IMG/VR virus record: IMGVR_UViG_3300020190_000007
Coordinates: 32,001-96,000 of that record
Strand: one strand, 5' to 3'
Length of the DNA stretch: 64,000 nt
Origin: a virus
Below, in pieces: positions 62,962 to 64,000 of the stretch; the stretch's first letter is position 1; each line of letters opens with the position of its first letter. The translations under genes and the position numbers were made by a program. The notes under the pieces are model-generated. The model was given only the letters and a program-made list of their open reading frames with translations, was not told the origin of the DNA and did not search any database.

Positions 62962-63720
62962 ATGGATAAATACATTAAAAATATTATTGAGGAAACATTT
63001 GCATCAAAAAAACAACAAAGATTCTTCTACGCAAAAGCCAATGACAAGTCAACATCAAAGAAGGAAAGAAATAAATGGTCAAAATGGGCTAAAGAATATT
63101 CTGACGATACTGACTTTAAAAAAATACCAGAAAAGGTTGAAACCGAGGTAGATGAAATTGTGGACGAAAAGGGTAATGTGGCCAGAAAAAAAATTCCTCT
63201 TACCAAAGCAACTAAAGGGGGTTCTCGTTCAATAACCGACAAAGTTGTTAAAACCAGTGCCGGTAGTATGGGTACTCACGGGGTTCACGGTACTCACACA
63301 TCCTTAAGATATTGGGCCGAATCAGACTTAAGTAAGGCTTTAGGATTTGAAAAAACTTTAGGTCAAGACGAGAATATTGAAGGGGCTTATGAATACTTTG
63401 AAGATGATTTAGGTATGAGTGATGATGAAACCGAGGAAAGATTATCTTCTTATGGTTACGATAAAAAATTAAAAGGAGATAAAGTAAGACTTATTGAAAA
63501 CCCCAAAAAATTTGTAAATGACTATGTTGAAAGTGTTTTGAATAAAAAATCAACTCATAGTGATTTAGTAAAAAAAGACCAAACAGAAGATATTGAAGTT
63601 GAATTAAGTCCAATCATAAAAAGACAAGTAATGTCTTTAAAAAATACCATGTCAAAAAACAATATATCTGTTGAAGATGTGATAAATATTCTTAAAAAAG
63701 AAGAAAATACCGGTGAATAA
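62962..63720 (+). CDS. Hypothetical Lys/Glu-rich protein
   Basis: 252-aa ORF with ETFASKKQQRFFYAKA; TATTTAT at 62938-62944 upstream. Confidence 0.75.
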   Translation: MDKYIKNIIEETFASKKQQRFFYAKANDKSTSKKERNKWSKWAKEYSDDTDFKKIPEKVETEVDEIVDEKGNVARKKIPLTKATKGGSRSITDKVVKTSAGSMGTHGVHGTHTSLRYWAESDLSKALGFEKTLGQDENIEGAYEYFEDDLGMSDDETEERLSSYGYDKKLKGDKVRLIENPKKFVNDYVESVLNKKSTHSDLVKKDQTEDIEVELSPIIKRQVMSLKNTMSKNNISVEDVINILKKEENTGE

Positions 63721-64000
63721 AGAATTAAAAGATAGAATTTTTGATATTCCACAAGATATTTTAGACAAGATAAACCATACAGTAATCGGTTTAAATGGTG
63801 AAAATACGCGAGGTATCGAAAGAGCTAAAAAACTTTTAATCGATAAAAAAGTAAAATATGGTCAACTGAAAAGAATTATTCACGATATCCAAAATATGGA
63901 TAAAACAAAAGATAAAACCAAGTATGACTTATGTGGTGGAGACCTAATGGAAAAATGGGCTAAACAATTTTTACAAGGAGAACGAGATTTAATAAGTGGT
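63713..64000 (+). CDS. Hypothetical protein, partial (runs off the right edge)
   Basis: GTG overlapping the previous stop; 96 open codons: MNKELKDRIFDIPQDILDKINHTVIGLNGENTRGIERAKKLL... Confidence 0.65.
   Translation, partial: MNKELKDRIFDIPQDILDKINHTVIGLNGENTRGIERAKKLLIDKKVKYGQLKRIIHDIQNMDKTKDKTKYDLCGGDLMEKWAKQFLQGERDLISG

Larger units (their letters stand above)
1..64000. mobile_element. Segment of a large myovirus-type (T4-distant, probably jumbo) bacteriophage genome; probable Bacteroidota host
   Basis: Contractile tail module plus phage-type replisome (PolB, gp41-like helicase, gp32-like SSB, UvsX, RNR); no cellular housekeeping operons; SD-less A-rich start regions and TATATTTG promoter boxes. 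Confidence 0.93.

Noticed and set aside
7589-63720. Stop-codon reassignment, as seen in some large phages
   Set aside because: Core genes are full length and tightly packed under the standard bacterial code, and TGA terminates genes (7589, 55237, 57560). TAG usage could not be fully assessed by eye.
9898-63752. Numerous 60-150 aa ORFs nested in or antisense to long genes
   Set aside because: They lie wholly or almost wholly within motif-bearing genes, mostly have non-ATG starts, and show no recognisable motifs.

Overview
AT-rich 64 kb segment of a large, distantly T4-like contractile-tail phage genome. The host is probably a Bacteroidota member: translation starts are A-rich and lack Shine-Dalgarno motifs, and TAnnTTTG-type promoters are present. 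The window holds a tail/baseplate/neck module (sheath, tube, gp26/gp51-like pair, tape measure, tube initiator, LysM/gp53-like, hub, gp25, gp6, gp7-like, gp13/14/15-like) interleaved with replication genes (class Ia RNR, DnaB-like helicase, 5'-3' exonuclease, RecA/UvsX, gp32-like SSB, SNF2 helicase, family B polymerase). No tRNA, rRNA, CRISPR array or integrase was seen. Main observations: (1) the 348-bp sheath-tube spacer contains a perfect bacterial chromosomal parS palindrome (TGTTCCACGTGGAACA), ten clustered CTAG boxes, an AT-rich tract and an antisense host-type promoter, making it a candidate origin/centromere that could use host ParABS; (2) the real gene at the left end is on the minus strand and was missed by the ORF track: a >=2499-aa mucin-like (TPSV)n protein; (3) a strand-specific TATTTAT motif, the reverse complement of the T4 late promoter core, precedes 14 genes, mostly structural; (4) a Mu-like TT-TTT-CGC slippery site lies upstream of the tape measure gene; (5) an unannotated ribbon-helix-helix gene is divergent from the sheath; (6) OmpA-like and RlpA-like cell-wall modules appear fused into baseplate proteins. 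All protein calls come from motif recognition by eye and gene order, not database searches.
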